64,000 nt of DNA from Camelus ferus. Taxonomy: Eukaryota. The notes beneath the pieces are model-generated. The model was not told where the DNA came from, searched no databases, and saw only the letters and a program-made list of their open reading frames with translations. The position numbers were made by a program, and so were the translations under genes. This document shows positions 51,956 to 64,000 of the stretch, piece after piece (the first letter of the stretch is position 1; each line of letters opens with the position of its first letter). The stretch is taken from positions 57,476,001 through 57,540,000 of the forward strand of contig NC_045696.1 in assembly GCF_009834535.1 (NCBI RefSeq). Reading direction: 5' to 3'.

Positions 51956-54900
51956 TTGAACAAAATTAGGGCTGCCCCAAGGGAACACTGGGGAGCTTTC
52001 ATCTTCTCTAACACTCTGGGAGAAGTAGAAATGAAAATACAGGGAGAAACAGTTAAGGCTCTAATAGATACAGGGGCCACGTTTTCAGTTTTAAACCCTA
52101 CCAAAATCAAAGGCTCCCTCCCTCAGAGTAATACTTCAATGCAAATGGTGGGGGTCTCTAATGCAATATTAAGACTTTTAAGTCATTATCTTTAGAATTT
52201 TACTTAGGAGAACTTTTTCTAGTAGAAAGTGTCCCTATTCACCTAGTAGGCAGAGATTTATTAGAAACTTATGAAGTCCATATCTCTTTTACTCCTAAGG
52301 GAGAATGTTTTTAGACCTAAAAGAGCAATCAGATTTTCTTCATCATACAGTATCTGTGACCCATGATGAAGGTGATGTAGAACAAGATAAATTGTTAGGC
52401 TTAGTACCTGAAGAATTATGAGCATTTGATCCTACTGACATAGGGAGAATACATTCTGCATCACCGATTAAAATTACCATAGATCAAAATATGCCCCCGC
52501 TGAATATTCATCAGTACTCATTGAGACAAGAGACTATAGAGGGAATAAACTCCTTAATATCAGCTTACATTAAGAAAGGGCTTATTGTCCCTTGCACCAG
52601 CCCTTGTAACACTCCCATCCTGCCAGTTAAAAATTCTAATGGCAAAGGTTGGAGATTTGTACAAGATCTGAGGTCTATTATTATTCCTGCTATTATTATT
52701 CCTCGTCATTCTGTAGTATCTAATCCCCATACCTTACTGTCCTATATCCCTAAAAAAGTGATCTCTTTTCTTTGATCTCTTCTGTGTAATTTTTAGTGTA
52801 CCTGTACATCCTGATGACCAGTATCTTTTTGCCTTCACTTGGAATGAATGACAATATATGTGGACTGTGATGCCACCCACAGGGCTACACTGAAAGCCCC
52901 ACTTATTTTTCTCAGATATTAAAAGCAGACTTAGATTATCTAGTTTTTCCTCATAAATCAGTTTTGATACAATATATAGATTATTTGCTGTTATGTTGAG
53001 ATTCTTTGATAAATAGCCAACAAGATACCCTATACTTGCTTCAGAAGTTAGCTTCTAAGGGTTATAAAGTGTCCAAAGAAAAATTACAACTTTGTAAAGC
53101 TAATGCAGAATATTTAGGACATGTGATGTCAGGAGGGGCTTTTAATTTACCTAGACAGAGTAAAGGGCATTTTAGCTTTCCCTGACCTTAAAACAAAAAG
53201 ACAACTAAGGGGATTTCTAGGTCTTGCAGGTCACTGCAAGAATTGGATTCCAAATTTTTCTTTAGTGACTCAACCACTATATAGTTTACTTAAACAAGAC
53301 CAAACTGAACCTCTTTGCTGGAAAACAGAACATTCTAAAGCCATGGAGACCCCAAAGGACCTCCTGGCAAAGGCCTTGGCTTTGGGGCAACCAAATTATG
53401 ATTTACCTGTTTTTTCTCTTTGTACATGAAAACAAGGATGCTGCATTAGGAGTATTAACCCAACAACCCGGTGGTTACTACCAACCAATAGGATATGACA
53501 GCCAGCAACAAGCCTCAGTAGCCAAAGGCCTCCACCCTCGTCTCCAAGCTGTCACAGCAACAGCTATGCTGTGTCAGACCACAGAAGATAGTCATGGGCC
53601 ACCCTCTCAGTCTTTGTTCCCCATTTTGTGGAAGCCTTCCCTAAGTTCCCCTTTCTGTGGAAGCCTTTCTAAACTCTCATCACACACAACATTATTCAAC
53701 AAGCCATTTAACTTCCCATGAGATTGTCTTGCTCTCACCAAACGTAACTCTCCACAGGTGTAACAAACTTAATCTAGCCACCTTGCTCCCAGAAGAATCA
53801 GACGTCAATAATGAAAAGCATGATTGTACTGTTGTAACTGACAATCTTTTTTATCTCCCAGGATTGATCTTCGAGAAAGCCCAATAGATAATCCTGATTT
53901 TATATTATTTATTGCTGGTTCATATCTGCGAGGACCTCATGGAAAGTACCAGGCTGGCTATGCCATTGTTTCTCTAGTGTCCATCCTTGAAAATGCTCCC
54001 TTGCCTAATGTCTCTTCTGCCCAACAGGCTGAATTAATAGCTCTGACAAGAGACTGTCAAACTGACTATACTATAAAAATATATATTAAAAAGTTGGCAA
54101 AAGGAAAATCTGCTAGTATTTACACAAACAACCGCTGTGCTTTTGGAGTTGAACATGACTTTCTTTGTTAGGCTTTGGAAACAAAGGAGATTTTTAGCAT
54201 CCTCAGGACAGCCCAACAAAAAAGGGGAACAAGTGGCAGAGTTATTAGATGCAATTCTGCTGCCAACTGCACCTGCTATTATTAAGATGCTGGGTTACTT
54301 AAAGGCTGACACTGCAGAAGCAAAAGGACAACAGCTTTACAAAGCAACAATGACCAACTAACCATTATCTTTCCCTTTCAGCTTCCCAGTAACCTTACTG
54401 ATATGTTGTTAAAATTTCAGAGTATGGCACCCAACTAAGAAAAGGACATCTGGATGCAGAAGGGAGGAAAATTCAATTCCAACAAATAGCTATGGATAGG
54501 CCCAAATAGGGAGCCTATCCTTCCATTTGGAGCTCAGTACTCACCATATTTTACAATATGTTCATGAATTAACCCATTGGAACCCAGATATGATGGTGTT
54601 TTGGGGTAACAAATATTTTTGGAAACCTTCTCTCACTATAGCTCGGAAGGTCTATTCGAGATGCAATACTTGTCCAAAATATAACCCAGGGAAGCCATTA
54701 CATAGTTCTCAAGGAAATTTTCCATTACCAATTTTCCATTTCCTTTTGAAATGCGGCAGATTGATTTTGTACAAATGCCTCCCTCCCAGGGTCATCAGTA
54801 TGTTCTTGTTATGATTTGTATGTTTTCACACTGCGTTGAGGCATTCCCATGCAGAAGAGCCATGGCACAATCAGTAGGAAAACTGATTTTAGAAAGAGTG

Positions 54901-55549
54901 ACTCCTATTTGGGAAGTCCGTTCAGAACTACATAGTGATAGAGGAACTGATTTTACTGGACAAATTTTTAAAGAAATTTGCAAGCTTTGGCCAATATGCA
55001 ACATTTCTATCGTGCTTATCATCCCCAGCCTTCTGGGTTAATAGAAAGGACAAACGGAAAAATTCAAACCCAATTGGATAAAATTATGGATGCTTATTCC
55101 TCACATTGGCCTAAGGCCCTTCTGTTGGTTCTCCTCGACCTCAGATCCACCCCTTTTGGAAAACATCATTTGTCTCCCTTTGAGATTATCATGGGGAGAT
55201 TAGATGAAGGATTATATAAACCTATATTATTAAAGGGGGATATATGACATTATTGCAAATGTCTATTAGCTAGACATTCTAAGTTTGTTTCTGAAGCTAA
55301 TCTACCTCAAATGAAGATCAGATACCTCATGACTTGCAGCCAGGAGATTATGTATACTGGAAAAGACATCATTTAAAGGACTGCCTCCAACCTAAATGGA
55401 GGGGCCCTTATCAGGTTCTCTTAACTAGCTCATGTGCAGCAAAACTAAAGGGAGTTGACTCTTGGATTTGTATTTCCCACCTGAAAAGAGCCCCTGCACC
55501 AAACTGATCTGTATAGAGAACTGCTGACCTCAAACTCATCTTAAAGTGA
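51956..55549 (+). pseudogene. pol: ERV pro-pol (protease, RT, RNase H, integrase), multiply frameshifted
   Basis: Protease ALIDTGATFSVL. RT SPCNTPILPVK...WRFVQDLR with catalytic YxDD decayed to YIDY (~52973). RNase H SAQQAELIALTR. Integrase HELTH..C..C, QIDF, HSDRGTDF, YHPQPSGLIERTN and C-terminal WRGPYQVLL. Confidence 0.93.
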
Positions 55550-55637
55550 CTCTCTAATAGAAAAGAAACATCAATGCCTGGATGAGAAGAAGACATCAGA
55601 AGTAGACAGCTATCCCAAGATGCCAGACCTGACCCGT

Positions 55638-57013
55638 ATGTTTATCTATAAACTTTTCTTCTTAATTTCTTGTACCTTTGCACACAAATCAAATGTTTTT
55701 CTATCATGGTCATGATCCTATGCAATTTTTAGAAATCAATCTAACTGCTGGGCTTGTAGTCAATTACCAGTATCCAGTACTTCTGGGTTACCTTGGTGGG
55801 TTTCTCCTCTCCAAGGCTCTGATTGGATGGCCCTTAGAAAATTTATATTAGAAGAATGAAATTACAGTTCTATCAGGGCCACTGCTGATAGAACTAGATG
55901 AGATCCCCTTACTTGGCCAGTCAAACATGCTTCATACTTATTCTGACCCTGGCCATAATTATGAGTTTTCCCTTACTCAAGCTTAGTCAGAAAAATAAGC
56001 TAAATTTCAACCCCCAAATTTAACCTCTTATCTATTAGAAGGGACCTTCCCTTAGTTATGGGATGAATTTATTTGGCTAACACCAGGCCATGGTCACCTA
56101 AGTTTAAAAGCCCCACTCTGTTGGGTAGAGTTAAATCATACTAAAGATAATCAGCCTATCAACAGTAGAAAACTAGCCTGGGTGCCTTATGAAAAATGCC
56201 AGTATGTCATTTCCTTTAAAGGTAATGACTGGTATGGGACAGATTGGGTCAGGTGACCAGAAATACACTGGGTCACACCTAATGGAACTCAATGGCTTTG
56301 TGAGTCCAACTTTGGCCCTGGCTTCCACCAGGGTGGATAGGAAGATGTACTTTAGGATTCCCTTGGGCTAGAGGCCACTTACTTGATAATTTAGATACAA
56401 CCCCATCAAACTTAACCATCAAGGCAAGCCCAGTGGATCAAGAGATCTGTATTTCACTGGTATGATCATTTAGCAGCTATTTTTGTGCCTTCAGTAAGAC
56501 TGGAAGATGTGATTTCTCATATTGGAGCCTTAACAGAATTCACCCAAAAGGCCTTAAATGACAGCAGTCAGGCTGTTAGCTTACTGAATTCTGAGATCTC
56601 TATGATGAGGAAAGCTGTGTTACAAAATCTTATGGCCCTTGACATCCTTACAGCATCTCAAGGAGGCACCTGTGCCATAATTCAAACTGAATGCTGTGTT
56701 TTTATACCAGATGAGTCCTCCAACATAACACATTTAATGACCCACATGCAAAATCAGATTGCTCCTAAGATGACCCACTTCCTAGCCTTGGTGATCTTTT
56801 GGGAAGCTGATTTGGTTCTGGAAGCTCATGGCTTAAATCCCTACATGTGACTTTATTAACGTTACTAGCTGTATTACTTACATCCTGTCTATTTTATAAG
56901 ATTGTTTTCTCTCAGATTTCCCAATGTGTAACTAGACCTCCAACAAGATTAACAATGGCTAAACACCTTGAGCAAATAGATCACATTTATAACCCTGCAT
57001 AGTATAATTGTGA
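55638..57013 (+). pseudogene. env: ERV env, gamma-type, disrupted (boundaries approximate)
   Basis: Signal-peptide-like start and SU NCWAC (CxxC) motif. Degenerate furin site WIKR/S. TM immunosuppressive domain LQNLMALDILTASQGGTC and CX6CC (CAIIQTECC). In-frame TGA at 55713-55715 and later frameshifts. Confidence 0.9.
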
Positions 57014-57263
57014 TGTGTGATTCTAGGTATGGGAAGGAACAGTGAGGGGAAAACATTTACTGGATCATAATAAACTAGTAAGACAGATGATCCAGAGAAT
57101 TTTTGGTTATCAACAGGACTGATCCCAAAATTTGGCACTTTGAGTGGCATGTCAACAGAATCTTCACTTAATCTAGGAATGAGACTTCCTAGTGCCATGG
57201 GACAAAATTGGTCATGAAATGTCTCCCAAAATACTGGTCGAATTTAGGACCAAGGAGGAGCAC

Positions 57264-57756
57264 CGTGAATGAAAAATACTGCAAGCAACATCAGTAAACA
57301 AAATGCTGACTCCACCATGTCATCAAGCTGCCACCACCCCCCACAGTCAGCTCAGGGTGCAGACAAGCAGGCAGCCCAGCCTCTGCAGCCCTCCACAGTG
57401 GTCCTCTGAGGGGACTCAGAATGTAAGAGGACAGGATACTGGCTTTAGATAGCTAGGTGCTTGTCAAAGGAATGATTTCAGTGAGCCCAGACATTTGCTC
57501 CTTCCCATACACAGAAAAGCACTAAATTCTTTACCTTGAGATGTCTGTTTTTCTTTTGTTGACAGTAATCTTTTAATGTTCTGACTACCTGGTCTTTGTT
57601 GTAAAACTCCTGTATATCCTGGCTCCTCCCTACTTCTTTGGAGTAGTCCCTCAGAGCGATCTGAGAGGCTGTCATTCTGGGCTGAGTCCTCAGAAATATC
57701 CACAGAATAAAACATAACTCTCAACTTTTAGGTTGTGCATTTTATTTCAGCCAACA
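57264..57756 (+). repeat. ERV 3' LTR
   Basis: Direct repeat of the 5' LTR (initial TG reads CG here), preceded by purine-rich AGGACCAAGGAGGAG, ends CA, followed by TSD CTAT. Confidence 0.95.
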
Positions 57757-58225
57757 CTATCATTTTAGAGCCGCAGTCTCCTTTTTGTACACAACTGTAG
57801 ACTATCATAATCATTGACGTCACAAATATTTTTTACTTTTCTCACTGATTTAGGTTCTTCTACTTTTCTTATATTTTTTGTCTCTGAAGAGTTTATACTC
57901 TCTTCAAGACTTGCTTTTCTCTTTGGCCTTTTGCCTTTTATCCGCTATCTGATTCAACTTGGCAAAACTAATGGTGTGTAAGAGCCACCTTGATAAGATA
58001 GGACGGCTCTAGAATAGGTCTTGGAGCCTGGGGTTCTAGTCCTTTCTTGGTCCCTCTGAACTCTTATGCAATATTCTTCAGACTAGACTAGCAGAGGGAT
58101 TTCAAACCAGTGTTCACCAAACCCATGTTGTAAGAATTACTGGAGATGCTTATTAAAAATACAAATTCTTAGATCCCTATTTAGATCTATTGAATAAGAT
58201 TTTTCAAAGGAAAGGCCTATAAGTT

Positions 58226-58245
58226 TGTGTGTGTGTGTGTGTGTG
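58226..58245. repeat. (TG)n microsatellite upstream of SLC15A2
   Basis: 10 TG units. Confidence 0.9.
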
Positions 58246-60192
58246 ATTTGCTCTGTAAATTTATATAAATATAAATATACATATATATATCCCTAAATGA
58301 TTTCTATCATCAGGGAAGCTTAGTTTCCATAGGACAAGATTAAGATTCCTTCCCTCTCTGACATTATTTGATTCTATGAATGTTAGCATTGTATTGCCAT
58401 AACCCAAGAAGAATTTTATCTAAACAAAGGAGTATCAGAGAACTAGTGTCAACTATCTAAAGTTTGGTATTCAGGGCACCTATGAGTGCAAATGAATTGG
58501 TGCCTTGCATACATGTGCTATTCCATCTGCTCTGCCAGATCAAATTCTAGAGGTACGAGGCCAGAGCAGGGGGAGCCACTGACATAATTAGATTTTAAAG
58601 GCATCTGTGCCTCTAGTGGTTAACTTGACTAGTAACTTCTGACTGTTCATTTGTTTTTGACCAAACTATGTCAGAAAGGGCAGTGCTTTCTGAAAGAATA
58701 ACTACAGCTTAATCATTAATGTCTCAGTCAGAAATGAAGCTGGACTCTTCTTTGGGTAAAGGTTGGTGGGATAGAAGCGGGACGAGGAGTGTAATAGAAG
58801 CTGAGAAAACATGGTCAAAGTCTGAGATAGAGTTTAGGGAGAAAAGGGTAGAGTTTATCACGGTCTTTTTGTCAATAAATTGCTCAAACAGGTAATGTTA
58901 AAATAGTATGAGAGATAGTCACAGTTTCTCTCTCTCTCTCTCTTGTGTTCTTAAATAAAATAATTCATTCTCCTGTTTCTGGCTTCCTTGTTGGTTTAGT
59001 TCTCATTTTTCTTATCACTCTCTAGCCATTATTTTCCTTTTTCTTTTGACTGACAGCTAGACAAGCCACTTACTCTTCTTTTACCTCTTTGACTTAGCAA
59101 AAATAATACTGTATAAAATGCATCTGTCACTGCCATGTTTGTTCTTGTTCCTCCTCTGATAAGAACTAAATATTATATTCTGGAGCCATTTGGGAGTTCA
59201 TTCACTGAAAATTAAGGAAAATGATGTTTATATTAGTACCTAGAAAATAACTGGTTTATAATTTTTACACAAGTTAAATTTTACTTGCTAATGAAATGAT
59301 GGATTCATCTTGAAGTGAGAAAATGAAAACACAGGGAATGAATTTAGCAAAGGAGAAGAATGATTCACAAATGTACATCACCAACTGTTTACTTTCATTT
59401 CTTTGAGCTCTGCCTCTTTAATTGATATAAGATATATAGAGATATAGATATAGGTACATTTTAAAATATCTAGTTGAACTGAGTTATGTTGAAAACCAAA
59501 ATTTGTTGCTGTCTCTGCAAATTCAATTTGAAGATGACTTTTCCTCTTCAGTGCATCTCAGTTTCCCCATATTCCTGTGTTTCCATTCCCATAGTCTTCA
59601 TTCCTGAGTAATGACCACAGGCATTACTGATACTAATCTCTCTGTCAAGGCATAGTAAAAATTCCAGATCTGCCACTTAATAGCCACATGACTTTGGACA
59701 GATTATGTAACTTCTTGGGACATTAGTTTCTGTAAAATGGGAATAGTAGTAAGAATTAGAACATATAGATATATATGTATTAACCTTGCCTATAATAGGG
59801 TGTGCAATAAATGGCAGCTATTGTTACTTTGAAATTTATTTTTAAATCTGTGCTCTAGGCTGTGCTCCAGGCATTGTAGTCTTAACTAATTTTCATTCAC
59901 TTGCAATTCCCCAGCTTTATCTCATGATGTGTTCTCACTTCCCCATGCTCTACCTTTTACATAATCATTCTTTTGACCCACTCTCTGAGGCCCAACCCTT
60001 TGTTTTTCTGTAGCTGTTTGCTTTTCTCTGGGCCAGGCAGCTGCTGAAGCCTGACACCCACAGGGTTAAACCTAGTTGCTGAAGCCACCCCCTCTTCCCC
60101 TCCCAAGTCCCCCTTTTCACTGTAGGCTGGCAGCTGTCCCAACTGCCTACCGAAGCCAAATGCTTGAAGAGAGAGAGAGTAAGGAGCTAGCC

Positions 60193-60297
60193 ATGAATCC
60201 CTTCCAGAAAAATGAGTCCAAGGAAACTCTTTTTTCACCTGTCTCCACTGAAGAGGTACAACCTCGACCCCCCAGCTTTCCAAAGAAGCCATCTCCG
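60193..60297 (+). CDS. SLC15A2: Solute carrier family 15 member 2 (PEPT2), coding exon 1
   Basis: GCCATG then MNPFQKNESKETLFSPVSTEEVQPRPPSFPKKPSP, donor GTGAGT; 105 nt. Confidence 0.96.
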
Positions 60298-62103
60298 GTG
60301 AGTTCCCAGATTCAGTTCTGCCTCTGACAGGAACAGACTTGCTCTTTTGGTCTCTTCCTTGGCCTCTGGAGCTCAGGCTGAGCTGTATTAGAGTATTAGA
60401 AGCTATTCTCGCTTGGAGTTAGAATTAACCTGTAAACTAAACCTAAACCTTTGTTTAGGAGAGGAAGCAGCAGGAAGAGGTCGTCAGAGTTCTTCAGTTG
60501 GTATCCAGGATTCTGCTGTATTTCATTGTAAATTCTGAGTTTCTCTGGGGTGGAAATAAAAGCTACTTGAATGTCCAGGGAAACTTGGCAGGCACTCCTT
60601 TCTGGAGAACTGTGTGTGACTGTTCTTTCTTTACCAACTTAAAAACTTCCGCCGGTGCGCAGAGTCTATGCTGGACACCAAGAGAAGTTTTAGAATAGAT
60701 CTAGTCTCTATTACTGTATGTTCCAGTTTACAGTGGGACAAAGGACAGAGAAATGAAGAAGTAATAATAATATTTTACTTTATACACTTGTTAAAGCACT
60801 ATCAAATTCATTGTCTCATATCCTCATATCAAAATCCTGTAAGTGGAGAGGATATAGTAAAACTAGCCAATATTTACTGAGTTCTTACTTTCCGCAAAGA
60901 GGTGGTAGTATTCTAGAGGTGGTTGTTTCTTTGAAATAATAGAACTGAAGTATAAAGACAGGTATAGTGACATGGCCAGGGTCAGTATGTTAACACAGCC
61001 AGTGACGGTGTTACATAGCTAGTCAAAGTATGTCAACTAAATTCCAGGTTGCATAATTCTCAAGCTGAGAGCTGGGAAGGTAAGAAGCCTAATTCATTGT
61101 ATCTTTCAAGCAAGTTTTCAACCATACATTAATGTGTATTAATATTTAGGAGGGATGTTTATGTATATCCATTGGATAAAAGAATGAGTACATTATTTAC
61201 TTAGTTCTATATCATCTGGTCCCACAGAATTTAAAGTTGCTCACAAAGATGTCTATACATGTTATGAATAAGAAGAGGCAATAAAAATCTCATGATAAAA
61301 TTTTATTGAACCAAATATGGATATCTCCATCTCCCTGACATGTTAGTTGGGCTGTCATAAGGGGTAGGGATTTGAAATAAAACATGATATTCCTTATACT
61401 CTGACTGATACAGTACATGAAATAGTTTAGTCCTTTTATTGCCCAATAGGATTAGCATGAAAATGTTATAGAATCTCTCTTTCGTAGAAAAAATGGACAT
61501 TTAATTTAACAAGATGTAAGAACTCTCTCCCCAAGTTCAGAGTGATCTGTCAGCTTACATTTAGGAATCTGTATTGAGCTCTGTGCCCAGCTCCAATAGC
61601 CTCTAAATGGTAAACCTTCATATTGCCAGGATTCCTCCCAGCATGGTGAAAAGGGCAGGTGGGGACAGAGGTTAATCTGCACAGTGGAGCTAAACAGGAT
61701 ACTGACATCTGAGTATAGCTGCTTGGACATGAATTCATGTCCAGGAGTCAACTTCTCATTCTGTTCCTAGAAATAAGAATGATTATTCTCCTGCCCAGGA
61801 CCCTAAGCTTTTCATTTAGGACTTGTGGGACAATGAATAGGTCCTGGGTCCAGAATCAAGGAATGCCTGAGCAATTCCATGTTAAATGAACGAGGAATAA
61901 AGTAATATTCAGAATAGTTTCTCTTACTCCTAAATCAAGAATGCAAGCACTTTTAGTATGATACTGTCTGTTTCATGAAGAGTAGGGACCATTGATTCAC
62001 ATTACCTATCATGGTGACTTAAATAATTTTTCAGTGGAGCAATCTAATGGTTTAAATAGGGAAATATATCTCACAGCTGAACCATTGCCTTTTTGTTTCA
62101 TAG

Positions 62104-62191
62104 AAAATCTGTGGCTCCAACTATCCACTGAGTATTGCCTTCATTGTGGTGAATGAATTCTGTGAGCGATTTTCCTATTATGGCATGAAAG
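62104..62191 (+). CDS. SLC15A2: SLC15A2 exon 2
   Basis: catAG acceptor, KICGSNYPLSIAFIVVNEFCERFSYYGMK with the POT-family ExxERFxYY motif, donor GTAGGT; 88 nt. Confidence 0.97.
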
Positions 62192-62761
62192 GTAGGTAAT
62201 TTTGTGTCCCAGAGTCCTGCTCTTCACTCTCATCCCATGTTTGTAACAACCTGGTCTTATATGCACTTATTTCCCTTATCCACTCTTTCTGCCTTCACCC
62301 AATTGGTCCTTTTCTTTCACCAAAACCTCCAATAAATGCCTCATAGGATTTTACCTACTAACTTACACAGGCCAAGGACAGAAAGGCCTAATGGAAACCA
62401 GAACACAGCCTATGAGAACGTAAGTGGAAAAACTCGCATTATCGGCATTCCATTCTTCATTTCTATTCTTCAGGTCTATGAACTATATTGCTGCTGAGAA
62501 GGAGAAGGAAGGGATATTGAAACCCCATGTTCTTTGGGATTGGGCTAAATGATGCTCTGTACACATACACTAAAGGGAGGAATATTGCATTTATACACTA
62601 TGCATAGCCCCATTCACTTTCCCCAAATCCAAAGTCGCTTCACTGATAGGAGTATTGAAGGTCAAGATCACCTTCAAAGACCAGATCAAATGTTCTCCCA
62701 TAAGTCATTTTAATGCATCTATCTTGTTTTGTCTCCTTTTTTTTTTTTTTTTTTGCTTCAG

Positions 62762-62903
62762 CTGTGCTGACCCTGTATTTCCTGTATTTCCTGCATTGGA
62801 GTGAAAACACTTCCACATCTGTATACCATGCCTTCAGCAGCCTCTGTTATTTCACTCCCATCCTGGGAGCAGCCATTGCTGACTCATGGCTGGGGAAATT
62901 CAA
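62762..62903 (+). CDS. SLC15A2: SLC15A2 exon 3 (gene continues beyond the window)
   Basis: Poly-T plus cAG acceptor, AVLTLYFLYFLHWSENTSTSVYHAFSSLCYFTPILGAAIADSWLGKF (PTR2 signature), donor GTAAG; 142 nt. Confidence 0.97.
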
Positions 62904-64000
62904 GTAAGAACGATGGGAGGTCTCAACCCAAGAAGCTTCACAGATTAATTGTGCAGAGGCTATCACTTCTAGCCTCTTGCTTCCAAAGAAGAACATACTT
63001 ATGTCATCCATGACAAATAAGAATCTCTCTCAGACAACACAGAAAGGTTTTGTCTCTTCATTATCAGTTTTTCTAGTATTTTTACATCCTGTTCATTTGG
63101 GAGGGTTTTTTTTTTTCTTTTATCTAATTTTAATCCTCCATTTGGTAGTTTAAGACCAATTCTTGTTCTGATCTCAGGTGTGATAGCGATTGCTACTACC
63201 CACAAGAAAATTTATAATTCAGTGTAGTTATTTGGTATACTATCCATCTCTTCTCCAGATTGAGCCATCCTAACTCTTTTAGTATCTTCTTAGGTGTCTC
63301 TCTTTTCAGCTCTCTTGCCATCTCTGTTTCTCTTCTCTAACCTCCTTCTGTAGTTTCTTAAGACTATAGTAAGTATTTTCATGAATTAGACTAATGGTCT
63401 ATTCAGTTCAGTATCTTTTATGTCTCTGAAAATAGCACCAAGAGATGTCTATGGGATAATGTTATAGTTGTTCCCTACAACATCCTCCTCATAGGCTGGA
63501 GAAGGATCTTGGATACCCATCGCTCACTTATTTTCTACGGACTTGTCATTTATGGAATTGTCTAAATTAGCATTTCTCAAAGTGTTGAAAATTGGTTGTA
63601 TAGGATCGAATGAATATTATGTTGGAGCATAAAGCTCTCATGGTCAAATAAGTTTGAGAAATGCAGGGCTGAATAAAGCTAAAAAGGTTTCTTTACTGGA
63701 TGAATTCTTATAGACTTTAAAAAGCTAATTCACACTGTAAAATCGCCAAAAGAAGGTAAAGTACACAAATTCAGAAGTCTTAAATGTACAGCTGGATGAA
63801 TTTTTACATATGTATCACCATCACCTAGATCACTCTCCTTAGGGTCTTTGTAACCTTAGTACTTTCCTCTCTTGCCTTTAAATTCTTCCTCAGAGACAGT
63901 CTTTTCCTGTATCTAAAGCATGTGAAAATCTCTTGGTAACTTTAAACAAACAAAACTATTGTTAACCTTCCTTTGTGACCATTACCTCCAGATCTTACAA

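Larger units (their letters stand above)
47962..57756 (+). mobile_element. Full-length, decayed class I (gamma-like/ERV1) endogenous retrovirus
   Basis: Two ~495-nt direct-repeat LTRs with a 4-bp TSD CTAT (47958-47961 and 57757-57760). PBS after the 5' LTR, polypurine tract before the 3' LTR, and gag-pro-pol-env motifs in order. Confidence 0.96.

Noticed and set aside
55638..57013. ERV env as a domesticated syncytin-like gene
   Set aside because: There is an in-frame TGA at 55713-55715, further stops and frameshifts, and a degenerate furin site. Only a ~120-codon TM fragment is open.

Overview
Mammalian genomic DNA, most likely from a camelid (alpaca/llama/camel). This is inferred from tRNA-derived Vic-1-type SINEs and the L1 3' ends. 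The window covers the conserved IQCB1-EAF2-SLC15A2 locus: (i) the first coding exon of IQCB1 on the minus strand; (ii) a shared CpG-island bidirectional promoter at ~4.1-5.2 kb; (iii) the complete six-exon EAF2 gene (CDS 4910-42761, 262 aa when spliced); and (iv) exons 1-3 of SLC15A2/PEPT2. Introns are dominated by L1, L2, MIR and DNA-transposon relics. The main accessory feature is a full-length but decayed class I (gamma-like) endogenous retrovirus at 47962-57756. It has two LTRs, a CTAT target-site duplication (TSD), an Arg-like primer-binding site (PBS), gag-pro-pol-env and a polypurine tract, and lies 2.4 kb upstream of SLC15A2. It carries several nested insertions: an L1 fragment, a ~21-nt insertion inside that L1, a hairpin-rich antisense solo LTR, and a 33-nt in-frame L1-tail-like insertion. 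Other notable items are a chimeric L1 insertion carrying ~310 nt of foreign 3' sequence, a twin-primed L1 that creates an intronic inverted repeat, and upstream ATGs in all three genes. I found no CRISPR array, true RNA gene or intact novel protein-coding gene. Exon boundaries and TSDs were read directly from the sequence. Repeat-family names and orthologue comparisons come from memory of consensus sequences, not from a search.
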